A stretch of 64,000 nucleotides of DNA from a virus (lineage: Duplodnaviria; Heunggongvirae; Uroviricota; Caudoviricetes): positions 221,489-285,488 of IMG/VR virus record IMGVR_UViG_3300028914_000001, one strand, 5' to 3'. This document shows, piece by piece, positions 37,999 through 47,827 of this stretch; position 1 is the stretch's first letter; every line of letters begins with the position of its first letter. The notes below the pieces were generated by a model that saw only the letters and a program-made list of their open reading frames with translations, was not told where the DNA came from and did not search any database. The translations under genes were made by a program, and so were the position numbers.

Positions 37999-39279
37999 AT
38001 GAAGACAAGTACCCCCGAAAGCGGTTTCATTGTCACGCTCAATGCTGAACAGAAGGAACTCTTCAAGATAGCACAGAGATATGGATGGAACCGTCAGAAA
38101 CTACTTGATAATGCACAGAAAGAAATCGACAAGGCTGGCCTCGGCATCTCCAAGGATACGTTGCGCAAGCGCTTTGACAGACTTTCCGAAAGATTCAACA
38201 CTTACAACGCTGCTCTGAACAAGGATGAGGAAGTCCCCCAATATCCGCAGGATAAGGAAGACCCAGTCGAAGACCGTAGGGAAAGCGAAAATACCTACTT
38301 AAAGAAGCAGCTGAACAGCCTCCGTGCCGAAAACAATAAGCTCAGGGTTCGTTCATATGTTGCAACAGAGTTGGCTGATGCATTGAAGACAGAAATTGCC
38401 GAAGTTGAATACGACAAGTTCTACATCAATGTCAAGAAGGCTAACGACGGTGAAAACCACCTTGTTCTTCCAATTTCGGATGCCCACTATGGAGAAGTTG
38501 TTCCAAGTGCCAGCACCCACGGAATTAACGAGTACAATCCAGACATTTCCAAGGCACGTCATATCAAACTCTTTGAAAAGGCTCTTGAAATGGCCCGTGA
38601 CAACAAGTGCGGAACCCTTGACATTCTCATGCTTGGTGACCTTTTCTCTGGCAACATCCATGACGAACTTAAAGAGACTAACGCTGGCCCGCTCACTAAG
38701 CTCCTTATTGACTACTTCAAATTCATTGTAGGTGCTTTCAAGAGCCTGAAGAATCAGTTCAAGAAGATGAATGTTTACTGCGTAGTTGGTAACCATTCCC
38801 GTACAAATCAGAAATGGCAGGCAAAGAATAAGGCGTACGATAACTACGAGTACATCCTGTACAAGTTCATCGAGGAAGCATTTGCCGAAGACAAGACCGT
38901 TTCCATCCATGTTTCCGAAGCCCCGTCTGACATTGCCGTAATCGGTGAACAGAAGTGGAAGATTGAACATGGCGACGCATATCGTGGCGGCGGTGCATTC
39001 TGCTCCCCGATTAGCACGGTCACCAGAGACAACTTCAAGGACTACGGAATGTTCATGAAGATGGGCATTGATTTCGATGTCGCCATCATGGGTCACTGGC
39101 ATCGTGGCGGTGAATGGTTCCTCAGCGGCAAGTGCATCCCTGTGTTCCTCAACCCGTCAATCGTCGGCCCTAACGAATACAGTATTGAAAAACTCCACGA
39201 GACTTTCCCTGCTTCCAGCTACATCTTCGTGACCAACGGCAAGGAAATCACATCTCAAACCCTCTACATGTTGCAATAG
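37999..39279 (+). CDS. Calcineurin-like metallophosphoesterase with N-terminal helical/coiled-coil region
   Basis: SDAHYG, LGD, VGNH, EHGD, GHWH motifs. Confidence 0.9.
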   Translation: MKTSTPESGFIVTLNAEQKELFKIAQRYGWNRQKLLDNAQKEIDKAGLGISKDTLRKRFDRLSERFNTYNAALNKDEEVPQYPQDKEDPVEDRRESENTYLKKQLNSLRAENNKLRVRSYVATELADALKTEIAEVEYDKFYINVKKANDGENHLVLPISDAHYGEVVPSASTHGINEYNPDISKARHIKLFEKALEMARDNKCGTLDILMLGDLFSGNIHDELKETNAGPLTKLLIDYFKFIVGAFKSLKNQFKKMNVYCVVGNHSRTNQKWQAKNKAYDNYEYILYKFIEEAFAEDKTVSIHVSEAPSDIAVIGEQKWKIEHGDAYRGGGAFCSPISTVTRDNFKDYGMFMKMGIDFDVAIMGHWHRGGEWFLSGKCIPVFLNPSIVGPNEYSIEKLHETFPASSYIFVTNGKEITSQTLYMLQ

Positions 39280-39282
39280 ATT

Positions 39283-40437
39283 ATGGCTACATTTTCAATG
39301 GCAAAGGCTCACATATTGAGGCTCGCTCCTGAAACGGCGTGCCTCCTTATCGGTCAGCCAGGTATTGGTAAAACTGAGTTTGTTTTCGACCTTGCTCAAA
39401 CGCTGGGTCTTGAACTCGTCAAGCTCCGTTGTGCCGAAGCTGGTGAAACGGGAGACCTTACTGGCCTTCTGAGGGAAGTCAACGGAGTTCATTCCCATAC
39501 GATTCCCGACTGGCTTTCCCACAACAGGCCCGTATTGCTGTTCCTTGACGAAATCAACCGTGCCAAGAAAGACACCATCAACGCTATCATGCAGCTTTGT
39601 ACGAAGGAACAGGAATTCCTTGGCCACAGGCTCGCACCGGGGTCAAGGGTTATATGTGCGATGAACCCGTCCGATATCGCCAGTAACGATGTTGACGAGC
39701 TGAACCGTGCCTTGTATTCCCGTATGTCCAGAATTCACATCGACGTTAGCAAGACTGACTGGCTTGCGTGGGCCACGACGCACGGCATCCACCCTGATAT
39801 CATCAACTACATCGACCAAGCTACTGACGAGCACTTGTTCAAGATGGAAGATGTGGATAATTTCGAGGATGAAAACACGGTCAACCCGAGAGCGTGGGAA
39901 AACTTCTCGAAGATGTACATTAACGGAATTAAGTTGGGTGATTACAAGCAGAATCCGAGCCTGATACAGAAGGATGCTGCTAGCCATCTCGGCCCCGTCG
40001 AAGCGTTGGCATTCTTCTCTTGGCTCTGCACGAAGCGGATGTTCAACCCGCAGAATTTCCTCTTGGAAACTAACCCGACAAAAGCTATCACGGCAGCCAC
40101 TCGTGTTTCTAAAATGCTTGATGTCTACCAGACTGAGCTGTGCCGTAATGTTACCAAGACGATGATATCACTTCTGTCCAATCCTTCGATGGAAACGCAC
40201 AAGAGTACAATTATTGCTAACTTGTATTACTTGTATGACCGCTTGTCGGTCGAGCATGTTGCTGACGCATACGAGACTTACATCAGGGAGGCTGCTCTTC
40301 AGAACGACAAGCCGGACTGGTTCACTAAGTTGGCTCATACCAACGAGGAGACATGGAGTAAGATAAAAACCATTATACAAGGAAAGGGAAAACCCGTCGT
40401 TGGTGTAAAAAATTCTAAACAATCAAAGAAAAAATAA
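39283..40437 (+). CDS. MoxR-like AAA+ ATPase
   Basis: GQPGIGKT, DLTG, LFLDEINRA, AMNP, ALYSR, NPRAW. Confidence 0.92.
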   Translation: MATFSMAKAHILRLAPETACLLIGQPGIGKTEFVFDLAQTLGLELVKLRCAEAGETGDLTGLLREVNGVHSHTIPDWLSHNRPVLLFLDEINRAKKDTINAIMQLCTKEQEFLGHRLAPGSRVICAMNPSDIASNDVDELNRALYSRMSRIHIDVSKTDWLAWATTHGIHPDIINYIDQATDEHLFKMEDVDNFEDENTVNPRAWENFSKMYINGIKLGDYKQNPSLIQKDAASHLGPVEALAFFSWLCTKRMFNPQNFLLETNPTKAITAATRVSKMLDVYQTELCRNVTKTMISLLSNPSMETHKSTIIANLYYLYDRLSVEHVADAYETYIREAALQNDKPDWFTKLAHTNEETWSKIKTIIQGKGKPVVGVKNSKQSKKK

Positions 40438-40448
40438 CTTTTTTATCG

Positions 40449-40484
40449 AAACCCCTTGCCAGAGGGGTTTTAATATACTATATT
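40449..40484 (+). promoter_or_regulatory. Sigma70-type promoter with its -35 inside a terminator-like hairpin
   Basis: TTGCCA (40456-40461), 17 bp, TATATT (40479-40484); AACCCCT/AGGGGTT stem. Confidence 0.72.
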
Positions 40485-40529
40485 CCTTGTCAGTGGACTA
40501 GAAAATTCACTCAACACAAAAGGTAAAAT

Positions 40530-41069
40530 ATGATTATCAAACTCAACATTGCAGGCATGATGCCGATTCGTCTGGCTCTCGCTAGCGAACTTACACAGCA
40601 ACTCCACGTTTCCCGAAAGAAGGATAAGTATGACCGTCGTGTCACCACTTCCTGGATTACGGGTACTACAACTGTGAAACTTGAACGCAACCATTCCAAC
40701 AAGAACAGCAAGGATGTCAATGGCTTGATTTACATCGGTCGTTCCTTCCAGCAGTACATGGATAAGTTCGACGCTGGTGTTGGCTTCCGTCTGGCTGGTG
40801 TCCGTGCATTCGCTAAGTTCTTCGCTGTAAACGGCAAGAGCGAAATCGAAGCTACCAAGTTGGCCGAACAGGTTATGGACATCGTTGTCGCCAACAAGGA
40901 TAAGGAACATGTAACTTTTGGTACTGAACCTGCAAAGGCTCCGGCCAAGGCTGTCGCCGCCAAGAAGCGTGGTCGTAAGGCCAAGACCGAAAAGGTCGAA
41001 AAGGCTGAAACCAAGACTGTTGCTTCCCCGGCACGTAAACGTGGTCGTCCCCGCAAGCAGCCTGTTTAA
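40530..41069 (+). CDS. Basic protein with Lys/Ala-rich tail and AT-hook (putative DNA-binding)
   Basis: C-terminal KKRGRK and RKRGRPRK. Confidence 0.75.
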   Translation: MIIKLNIAGMMPIRLALASELTQQLHVSRKKDKYDRRVTTSWITGTTTVKLERNHSNKNSKDVNGLIYIGRSFQQYMDKFDAGVGFRLAGVRAFAKFFAVNGKSEIEATKLAEQVMDIVVANKDKEHVTFGTEPAKAPAKAVAAKKRGRKAKTEKVEKAETKTVASPARKRGRPRKQPV

Positions 41070-41081
41070 GGAGAATGCAAC

Positions 41082-41678
41082 ATGAAGAAGGAATTCAGTG
41101 GATGCCTCAGTGCATTTAGTCCTGCGGTAAAGGATAATGTTCCGTACGTCAAGGTTTCTATCAAGACTACGGAAACTGGTGCTGATAAGCACCTCCTGTA
41201 CGGTACGGAAGACATTGATGATGCGTTTGCTAGTCTGAAAAACTTCGTTGCGAATAAGGGCTATGGAAACACTAAGTGCGACCTTGATGACCCTCTTCGT
41301 GTGAAGCTGACGTTTGCGTCGTTTACGTTCGATGCATACCTTGTCTCTATCGCTGTAAAGAAGAAAGTGGACAAGGAAGTCGGTGATATGGCTGAGTACA
41401 CGTTCAACTTCGAAAAGGACCCGAACGACGCCGACACTAAGTTTTGGGCATCTCATCTCAAAGTCAAGGACGATGACGATAAGGATGACCAGGACGATGG
41501 TGAAGACGAAGTATCCCCTGTTGATGAAGAAATTATGAAACAGACGGATAGTTTGCTTGGCGAAGATGGTCCTAAGAAGAAAAAGAAACATAAGGCAGGA
41601 TTTATCCTGTATGCAGTTTCTTTTGAAACTGTGTCTGAAGCTGATTCATCTGACGAAGTATCTTCTGAGGAAGAATAA
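41082..41678 (+). CDS. Acidic hypothetical protein
   Basis: AAGGAG RBS; Asp/Glu-rich C-terminal half. Confidence 0.75.
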   Translation: MKKEFSGCLSAFSPAVKDNVPYVKVSIKTTETGADKHLLYGTEDIDDAFASLKNFVANKGYGNTKCDLDDPLRVKLTFASFTFDAYLVSIAVKKKVDKEVGDMAEYTFNFEKDPNDADTKFWASHLKVKDDDDKDDQDDGEDEVSPVDEEIMKQTDSLLGEDGPKKKKKHKAGFILYAVSFETVSEADSSDEVSSEEE

Positions 41679-41767
41679 TGATGAAGTATACACCAGAAAC
41701 AGATAAGATTTTAGCTTGGGTTCTAATCCTGGTTATTCTTGCTGGACTTCTGGTATATCTCTTCTGA
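41678..41767 (+). CDS. 29-aa single-TM miniprotein (not in the ORF track)
   Basis: MMKYTPETDKILAWVLILVILAGLLVYLF; TAATG overlap with the upstream stop; precedes a terminator. Confidence 0.6.
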   Translation: MMKYTPETDKILAWVLILVILAGLLVYLF

Positions 41768-41786
41768 TGGTTTTGATATCTTGGGT

Positions 41787-41822
41787 AGAAAGAAGGCTGT
41801 CCTGATGGGCAGCCTTTCTTTT
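41787..41822. terminator. Bidirectional intrinsic terminator
   Basis: AGAAAGAAGGCTGTCC-TGAT-GGGCAGCCTTTCTTTT between convergent genes. Confidence 0.85.
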
Positions 41823-42345
41823 ATGTATGCGCTCCTTTGTCAAACAGGCCACATACGTTTTCTTCGGTCAATACAATCCAGTTGACACCTCTGTTGGCAC
41901 ACCAGTTTCTTGCTGCTGCCCATTTCGCCTGGTTTACCATCACTTCTTCGCACTGCATGTAGTAACGGGCCATCTTCTTTTGGTATGCTCGTACTTTTTT
42001 CGGGTTTGCACTTTCGGCCAATGCCTTTGGCGGCTTCGGCATTACGGAAAATTTCTCCGGCTTGATTTCGATTAGGAACTTGTTTATCTTGGTGTCCGTG
42101 CCGGACTTGCATTCACAGTAGATGTCAGGGAAATACTTGCTCATTTTATGGAGCTTCGGCGACATATAATAGATTTGGAAATCGGGTTCATATCCCCATT
42201 TTAGAACATAGTTGTTCTGGTCCATTGCCTGAAAAATCCTTTCTTCCCATGACGACTTGCAAATTGGTGCCGCCAGATTTTCCATGTACTTCTCTGGATG
42301 TATCAATTTGTACCTAGCGTGCTTTGTTTTTACACCGTAAATCAT
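41821..42345 (-). CDS. Head completion nuclease (T4 gp4-like, TnsA-N fold)
   Basis: 'PEKY', 'SSWE', 'WGYE', 'YFPD', 'LIEIKP', 'VNQAKWAAA..WC', 'LTE'. Confidence 0.92.
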   Translation of the reverse strand: MIYGVKTKHARYKLIHPEKYMENLAAPICKSSWEERIFQAMDQNNYVLKWGYEPDFQIYYMSPKLHKMSKYFPDIYCECKSGTDTKINKFLIEIKPEKFSVMPKPPKALAESANPKKVRAYQKKMARYYMQCEEVMVNQAKWAAARNWCANRGVNWIVLTEENVCGLFDKGAHT

Positions 42346-42353
42346 TTCTCCCC

Positions 42354-44075
42354 CTATTCGGCATACTTGCCTAGAATTGATTTTATTTCATCTTCGTTAT
42401 AGTCGTCAACAAGTTCGTAAGTAACCTCGACTTCTGCCGGATATACTTCAATTTCCGCTCGCCCTGATTGGTTCGACGGGAAAGGAGTAAATGGCTGGTT
42501 CATGTTTACAGGGTATGCCTTCTTGCTACAATTATCTAATATTTCTGTAAGTTCTTCGACAGTGTCCGAGTCCATTTTGTAATCGGCGAGCATCCTGAGA
42601 AGCTGATAGTATTTTTCGGTGAAATACGGGCTTACCGTCTTGTCAACAAGATTGTGCGAAATTGATATGCACTTTTTCTGCTCTGATTTCGTGATAGGCT
42701 TATCGCCGACGTTTACTTCATTCTCCCGGTCAGGGGCTGTCCTAAACTGTATAGCTTCCTCGACTGCCGTTGTCGGTGTATTTGCCGCAGTCGTTTTCCT
42801 GTGTTTTTCGCATACTTCCTTGATGCCGGATGCTTCAAGCTGCGATAGCAAAGAGTCGAACTGTGTCTTCGGGTTGTCCCGGTAAATTGCACGGAACTCC
42901 TCGTCAGAAAAAGACTCATAGCCGAGTTTTGCCGCAATGCACATGTCGTACAGGTCGGCTTCGAATGCACCCTGCCAGAACACGTCGTTTAGCCGGAGAT
43001 TCTCGTTGATATCCTTAATCTTCCCCTCTATATCCTTCATGAGGCCTGGGCACAGGTGGCTGAAACAGACAGTCCAACTTTTGAACGTGTTAATCATGTC
43101 GATAATCGACATGCCGTAAAATTCCTTGTTGTTCTTATATTCCAAGCTGTATATGAAGAAACACTCGAAGTTGCCGACCGTCTTGATGAAACCACTGACA
43201 TCGAACTTTTGTGTAAGCAGGTCGGCATAAGCTTTGATTAGGGCCCTGAGAGGCTTCATGAGCATATCGAATGTCATCTCGATTGCTGCCTTGATGCTGT
43301 TGTATAGCTTCAAGAGAAAATCATAGAGAAGGTCATTGAGGGAGCCGGATATACCACCACCGATGCCTATACCTATTCCAAGTGACAGAGGAAACTTGTT
43401 TTTAAGGCATTCTATCACGGCGTCCGGGTCTCGTGACATGTCGTTTCCATCGCTGTCCCTGTTACATCCTGTCACGCATGCGATTGCCCTGCAGAAACAT
43501 GGACAGTCAACCATGATTTCATACAGTTCGTTCCAGTCGAAGTCTAGGCTTACACTTGCTCCTACGCCAACATCCAGAGATGCGGACATCTTGATATCCG
43601 AAAGCAGGTCTGTTATGCATTTGAAAACGGCATCGTTGAAGTTCAATATAGCTTCTTCGAGGCGTAGGCGTGCGGCATCAATCTTTGCAAACAGGACGAA
43701 TGCTGCTTTTGTAGCAATCTCGATGGTTTCCTGAATCCATGCAATCCATGTTCCTATCGTCTGGCAGATGCTCTTGCTCAATGTAAGGGCTCCGTTAAGG
43801 CTGACCGGGAAGTTGAAATTGTTGTATTGATGAAAGCCGAAATTTAAGTTGGACATCATTCCAACAGCGGCATAGGCGTTTATGCCCATCGTATCCCTAC
43901 ACCAGTCAAACACCACCTTTGTACAGTTGGTGGCTTCCAGCTTGTTCGTGACATTGTTAATCGAATTTGCAGTCTTCTCGACAGCTTCCGTGAAGCTACT
44001 AAGAATGCTTGAATCCGATTCTGTCGCCGGAGTGTCCTGTCTCGGAGAAATTACGTCTGTGATGCACTTTGCCAT
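42354..44075 (-). CDS. Cys-rich helical late protein of unknown function
   Basis: Start MAKC at 44075, 25 nt from TATAAACTA; contains CPCFCRAIACVTGC and GIGIGIGGG. Confidence 0.75.
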   Translation of the reverse strand: MAKCITDVISPRQDTPATESDSSILSSFTEAVEKTANSINNVTNKLEATNCTKVVFDWCRDTMGINAYAAVGMMSNLNFGFHQYNNFNFPVSLNGALTLSKSICQTIGTWIAWIQETIEIATKAAFVLFAKIDAARLRLEEAILNFNDAVFKCITDLLSDIKMSASLDVGVGASVSLDFDWNELYEIMVDCPCFCRAIACVTGCNRDSDGNDMSRDPDAVIECLKNKFPLSLGIGIGIGGGISGSLNDLLYDFLLKLYNSIKAAIEMTFDMLMKPLRALIKAYADLLTQKFDVSGFIKTVGNFECFFIYSLEYKNNKEFYGMSIIDMINTFKSWTVCFSHLCPGLMKDIEGKIKDINENLRLNDVFWQGAFEADLYDMCIAAKLGYESFSDEEFRAIYRDNPKTQFDSLLSQLEASGIKEVCEKHRKTTAANTPTTAVEEAIQFRTAPDRENEVNVGDKPITKSEQKKCISISHNLVDKTVSPYFTEKYYQLLRMLADYKMDSDTVEELTEILDNCSKKAYPVNMNQPFTPFPSNQSGRAEIEVYPAEVEVTYELVDDYNEDEIKSILGKYAE

Positions 44076-44099
44076 TTTATATGCCGCTTGTTTCGTTAA

Positions 44100-44141
44100 T
44101 AGTTTATACCCGGTCAAAAATAGCGGTGCCATTATAAACTA
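44100..44141. promoter_or_regulatory. Divergent pair of late promoter motifs
   Basis: TAGTTTATA (44100-44108) and TATAAACTA (44133-44141). Confidence 0.85.
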
Positions 44142-44163
44142 TCATTGAATCGACAGGTATATC

Positions 44164-45909
44164 ATGGCATCTACAACACAAAATACAACTACACCAGCGT
44201 CTACCAAAACGTCCAAGGCGTCTTCGGCTAACGACAGCGTTAAGTCGATTGCTGACGCACTCGCCGCATTGCCGAAAGAGACTGAGCAGACGATGAAGGA
44301 ATTTCTCGACCAGCAGATGGCCAACGCCAAGAATATGAACGACGAGCTGGTAGAACAGTTCGGCAGCGCTATCGACAATAGTGATGTTGCCGCCTCGATG
44401 AACGAGGTCAAGGAAGTATTTAGAAAAAAAGCAGAAAATGATAAGAACAATGTCGAAAACGAGAAACAGCAGGAAACCTTCACCAAAATTCAGAACGACC
44501 TTGACCGTATCCTTGAGATTCAGGGAGAAGCTCTTCGTGCTGAGGTGAAGCGTGATGAAACCATATACAACGATAGGGCTGTAAACGAGGTTGAGGAAAA
44601 ATCTGACGAAAAGGTGGACGATGAAACCGACGTTGTAAAGGAAGATGTAAAACCTGTCGAAGTTAAAGTTGATGTACAGCTGCCCGAAGCGGAGAAGGAA
44701 CCCGAGAAGGAAGACGTTGCATCAAATGTTCCGAGCAATGAAGAGAACTTGCTTAAAGACATCGTTTCTGGCCAGACTGAGCAGAACACCTTGCTTAACG
44801 ATATTGGTCAGAAACTGTCCGATGTAAATCCCGAAGATAAAGTTGATGAAACATCTCAGAAGGAACCCAGCAAGGAGGAGAACTTGCTTAATGACCTGGT
44901 TTCTGCCCAGGCTGAGCAGAACTCCTTGTTGAACGATATCGGCAAAAAGTTGCCCGATATCAAGGATGAGGCTACCGACGATAACACTCCGAAGGAACCG
45001 AGTAAGGAAGAAGGTTTGTTGGGGGACATTGCATCGGCCCAGGCTGAACAGAATGCGTTGCTGAACGACATTGGCCAGAAATTGAGCGATGTTGATAATG
45101 CTGATGCCCCTCAACAGGAAGCTGTCGCAAACGATGTTCCTACTTTGACTGAAACGGCTTTTGCCGAAGTGAACGAGAACCTCGGTAAAATCAACACGAG
45201 CATCGACGATATGCTGGAAGAGCTTGGAGACTCCGTAGCGAATACTGATGTCAATGAGCCTCAGCCAATCACTGTCAATGTCGATGTTGAACAACCAGAG
45301 AAAGATACTGAAAAGGAACAGGAGGAGACTACTCCTAAAACCCAGTCGGTTGAACTTGCTGAGGATAGCCTGAATAGCATTCGTGAACTTGTCGATACGT
45401 CTAAACAGAATGAAGAAAAACTGCTTGAGACGATGAACAAGCGAAATGCTGAATCGAAGGATAACGTCGAGCAGTTCAAGCAGGATTCCATGACGGAGCT
45501 TGCAAACGACATATCGGGTGCGACCGATGCCATGAACACCCAGCATGAAACCAAGTTGGATAGGCATGAGGATGAACCGTCTACTCCTGACGATGACAAA
45601 CGGATAGAGCAGGCTGAAACGAAGCAGGATAATCGGTTTGACGAAGATACCAAACAGGCTGATGAAAATGATGAACAACCCATGGTCTTGGACCGTCGGA
45701 TGGACATTGCTGAACGGGCGGAACGTGATATCACTCCTGCATTGAACGAAGTACAGCTGTTCAACAGGATGTCATTGACAAAGGAAGAAATTCTGGTGCT
45801 TGCATCGGAAATAGGAAAGGCAGTTAGAGAAAACCTTGTTGACAGGGATGCCGAAAAGAAACGAGAAGCGGCTCGCCTGGATGAAGTCGAAAGAATATTG
45901 AGGGGTTAA
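44164..45909 (+). CDS. Acidic helical repeat protein at the head of the baseplate operon (gp29-like position)
   Basis: Three ~45-aa repeats EE.LL.D..S.Q.EQN.LLNDIG.KL; directly precedes the gp48-like gene. Confidence 0.55.
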   Translation: MASTTQNTTTPASTKTSKASSANDSVKSIADALAALPKETEQTMKEFLDQQMANAKNMNDELVEQFGSAIDNSDVAASMNEVKEVFRKKAENDKNNVENEKQQETFTKIQNDLDRILEIQGEALRAEVKRDETIYNDRAVNEVEEKSDEKVDDETDVVKEDVKPVEVKVDVQLPEAEKEPEKEDVASNVPSNEENLLKDIVSGQTEQNTLLNDIGQKLSDVNPEDKVDETSQKEPSKEENLLNDLVSAQAEQNSLLNDIGKKLPDIKDEATDDNTPKEPSKEEGLLGDIASAQAEQNALLNDIGQKLSDVDNADAPQQEAVANDVPTLTETAFAEVNENLGKINTSIDDMLEELGDSVANTDVNEPQPITVNVDVEQPEKDTEKEQEETTPKTQSVELAEDSLNSIRELVDTSKQNEEKLLETMNKRNAESKDNVEQFKQDSMTELANDISGATDAMNTQHETKLDRHEDEPSTPDDDKRIEQAETKQDNRFDEDTKQADENDEQPMVLDRRMDIAERAERDITPALNEVQLFNRMSLTKEEILVLASEIGKAVRENLVDRDAEKKREAARLDEVERILRG

Positions 45910-45912
45910 TGT

Positions 45913-47373
45913 ATGGCAGAAGAAAATGGAAGATTCGGTAAGAGGACCCGTTACAGTGTGAAGGAATCCTACGCACAGGATGCGAAGGGGGTTATCCACA
46001 ATTCCATCAACGAGTTGAACCCGAATGTAGTTAGGATAGAACCTCTCGGCCCTGCCGCACGTCAGGCATTCCTTGGTCCTGTCCATGCCGCAGCCGATGC
46101 GTTGAAACTACGCATGGCATATGCGATGAACCCGGAGGCGTTCAAACCGTTCTATGGAATATTGACTCCGGGTGACCTGAGGGGATTGCGCCTATCTTTC
46201 CAGAGTTCTTGGTTGCAGGAAAATGGAAAAAGCTCATTCGAGCGTGCAACAGAAATATTGAAATCTCCTGCGGTCGCAATGCCGTTGGGGGCATCTGCTG
46301 GCGAAGCTATTGGAAACTCTTTTGGTGGATATGATGCGTCTGGCTTTGGTTTGGGTGCTGCTGCCGGAGCAATCACCTCTTTCATTATGAGTGGAAGCTC
46401 TGATGATAAGGATAAGGGCAACTCTCTTACGCATAAGCTATCATCGTTCATTGGTGACGTTGGCACGAGACTAGGCTCGTCAATGGAACTGTATGGAATG
46501 GACTCTTCCTCTACTGGTGCAGCTACCTTGAAGACATTTTCAAAGTCTTCCATGGAAATACCGACTACGTTGAATTTCACTTGGTACATGCCGGAACAGG
46601 AGGACTTGTTCCGTCTTTCTATCCACAGGTTACTACAGCTTGCTTATGTAAGAAAAGCCTATACGGACAGAAAAGAATTTTTCGAAAACCTGAGTGCCGC
46701 AACAAATTCAGGCATGCAGCAATCGTTTGTGAATGCAAAGAACCTGAAAGATTCGCTAGGCGTTGTCGCTAAGTCATGGATAAATGCGGGCGACACCATT
46801 GTTGAATCAGGCGAGGCTCTGGTGGGTCAAAGTCCTGTAATGAAGCAGTTTGCTGAGTCCAGGAACGCACAGCTTGGCGATGCTGTTGTCGATGCCGCTG
46901 GAACTGGGGTTTCCGTTGGAAATGCAATAGCTAACGGCATCACGAACTTCACCGAGGGATGGGGAGATAAAATTGATGCGAATGCCCAGGATATAAGCGA
47001 TGACGGTCAGTTTGCCGATACAGGCAAGCAGAATATCGTCAATGGAATGAATGACGTTATTGATAGTGTACTCAAAGCGTATATCGAGGGAAGTACGTTC
47101 ATGGGTGCTAACTTCGTCCTTGTCCCTAACCCGGTCCGTCTTACGATAGGCAATATCCTTGATGTTGAACCAATGGTCATAACGAATGTTGTTATCACTC
47201 CTTCGGAGGAATTATTTATCAATAGCATAGGTGCAAGCATTCCCGTTACGATGAAAGTAACCGTTACATTGTCACAATGGATGACACCGGGCCCGGACCA
47301 TGACTTTATACGCTTGATTGGAGACAAATTGTTCTACCCTATTCCTATGAAGAATTCTGAGAAGAAGAGCTAA
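45913..47373 (+). CDS. Baseplate tail-tube cap-like protein (gp48-like)
   Basis: C-terminal 'PNPVRLTIG....PMVITNVVI....P.TMKVTVTL'; Gly/Ala-rich middle; gene context. Confidence 0.6.
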   Translation: MAEENGRFGKRTRYSVKESYAQDAKGVIHNSINELNPNVVRIEPLGPAARQAFLGPVHAAADALKLRMAYAMNPEAFKPFYGILTPGDLRGLRLSFQSSWLQENGKSSFERATEILKSPAVAMPLGASAGEAIGNSFGGYDASGFGLGAAAGAITSFIMSGSSDDKDKGNSLTHKLSSFIGDVGTRLGSSMELYGMDSSSTGAATLKTFSKSSMEIPTTLNFTWYMPEQEDLFRLSIHRLLQLAYVRKAYTDRKEFFENLSAATNSGMQQSFVNAKNLKDSLGVVAKSWINAGDTIVESGEALVGQSPVMKQFAESRNAQLGDAVVDAAGTGVSVGNAIANGITNFTEGWGDKIDANAQDISDDGQFADTGKQNIVNGMNDVIDSVLKAYIEGSTFMGANFVLVPNPVRLTIGNILDVEPMVITNVVITPSEELFINSIGASIPVTMKVTVTLSQWMTPGPDHDFIRLIGDKLFYPIPMKNSEKKS

Positions 47374-47816
47374 TGGAGGTGAATATGGCTGACGAAGTAA
47401 ATTACCCTAGATTCAGAAATGACAATCTGTCCATGTTGACCTTGGACACAGTTCAGGGCTACGAGCAGGGTCGCCCGGACGTAATCGCTCGTCGCACTAT
47501 GGGAAGCAGCCGTATGTGTAAGGTGCTGTGTGCAGCAAACCATATACGCAACCCCTTGCCGTGTCGTGATTCGGTTCGTATTTTTGAGGAAAGCGTGTAC
47601 AACGAGCTTTATATGAAGGGATATCGTGGTGAGCAGTTGCAGACGGAATATAAGAAGATGCTTGACGAACTCGAAGTAACGCCGGAGTATTGGCTACATT
47701 ACAACAACCTGTTCAACGGAGTTGTCAGCGAAGTTACTGTTGGGGGCACGCTTATTATTCCTCAGCTCAATGACTCCTTGACATGGCTGACAAAATATGA
47801 TTCAAACATTCGATAA
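47373..47816 (+). CDS. Baseplate wedge LysM-like protein (gp53-like)
   Basis: 'EQGRPDVIARRTMG...VLCAANHIRNP' and 'GGTLIIP'. Confidence 0.78.
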   Translation: MEVNMADEVNYPRFRNDNLSMLTLDTVQGYEQGRPDVIARRTMGSSRMCKVLCAANHIRNPLPCRDSVRIFEESVYNELYMKGYRGEQLQTEYKKMLDELEVTPEYWLHYNNLFNGVVSEVTVGGTLIIPQLNDSLTWLTKYDSNIR

Positions 47817-47827
47817 GGTAAACCGTT

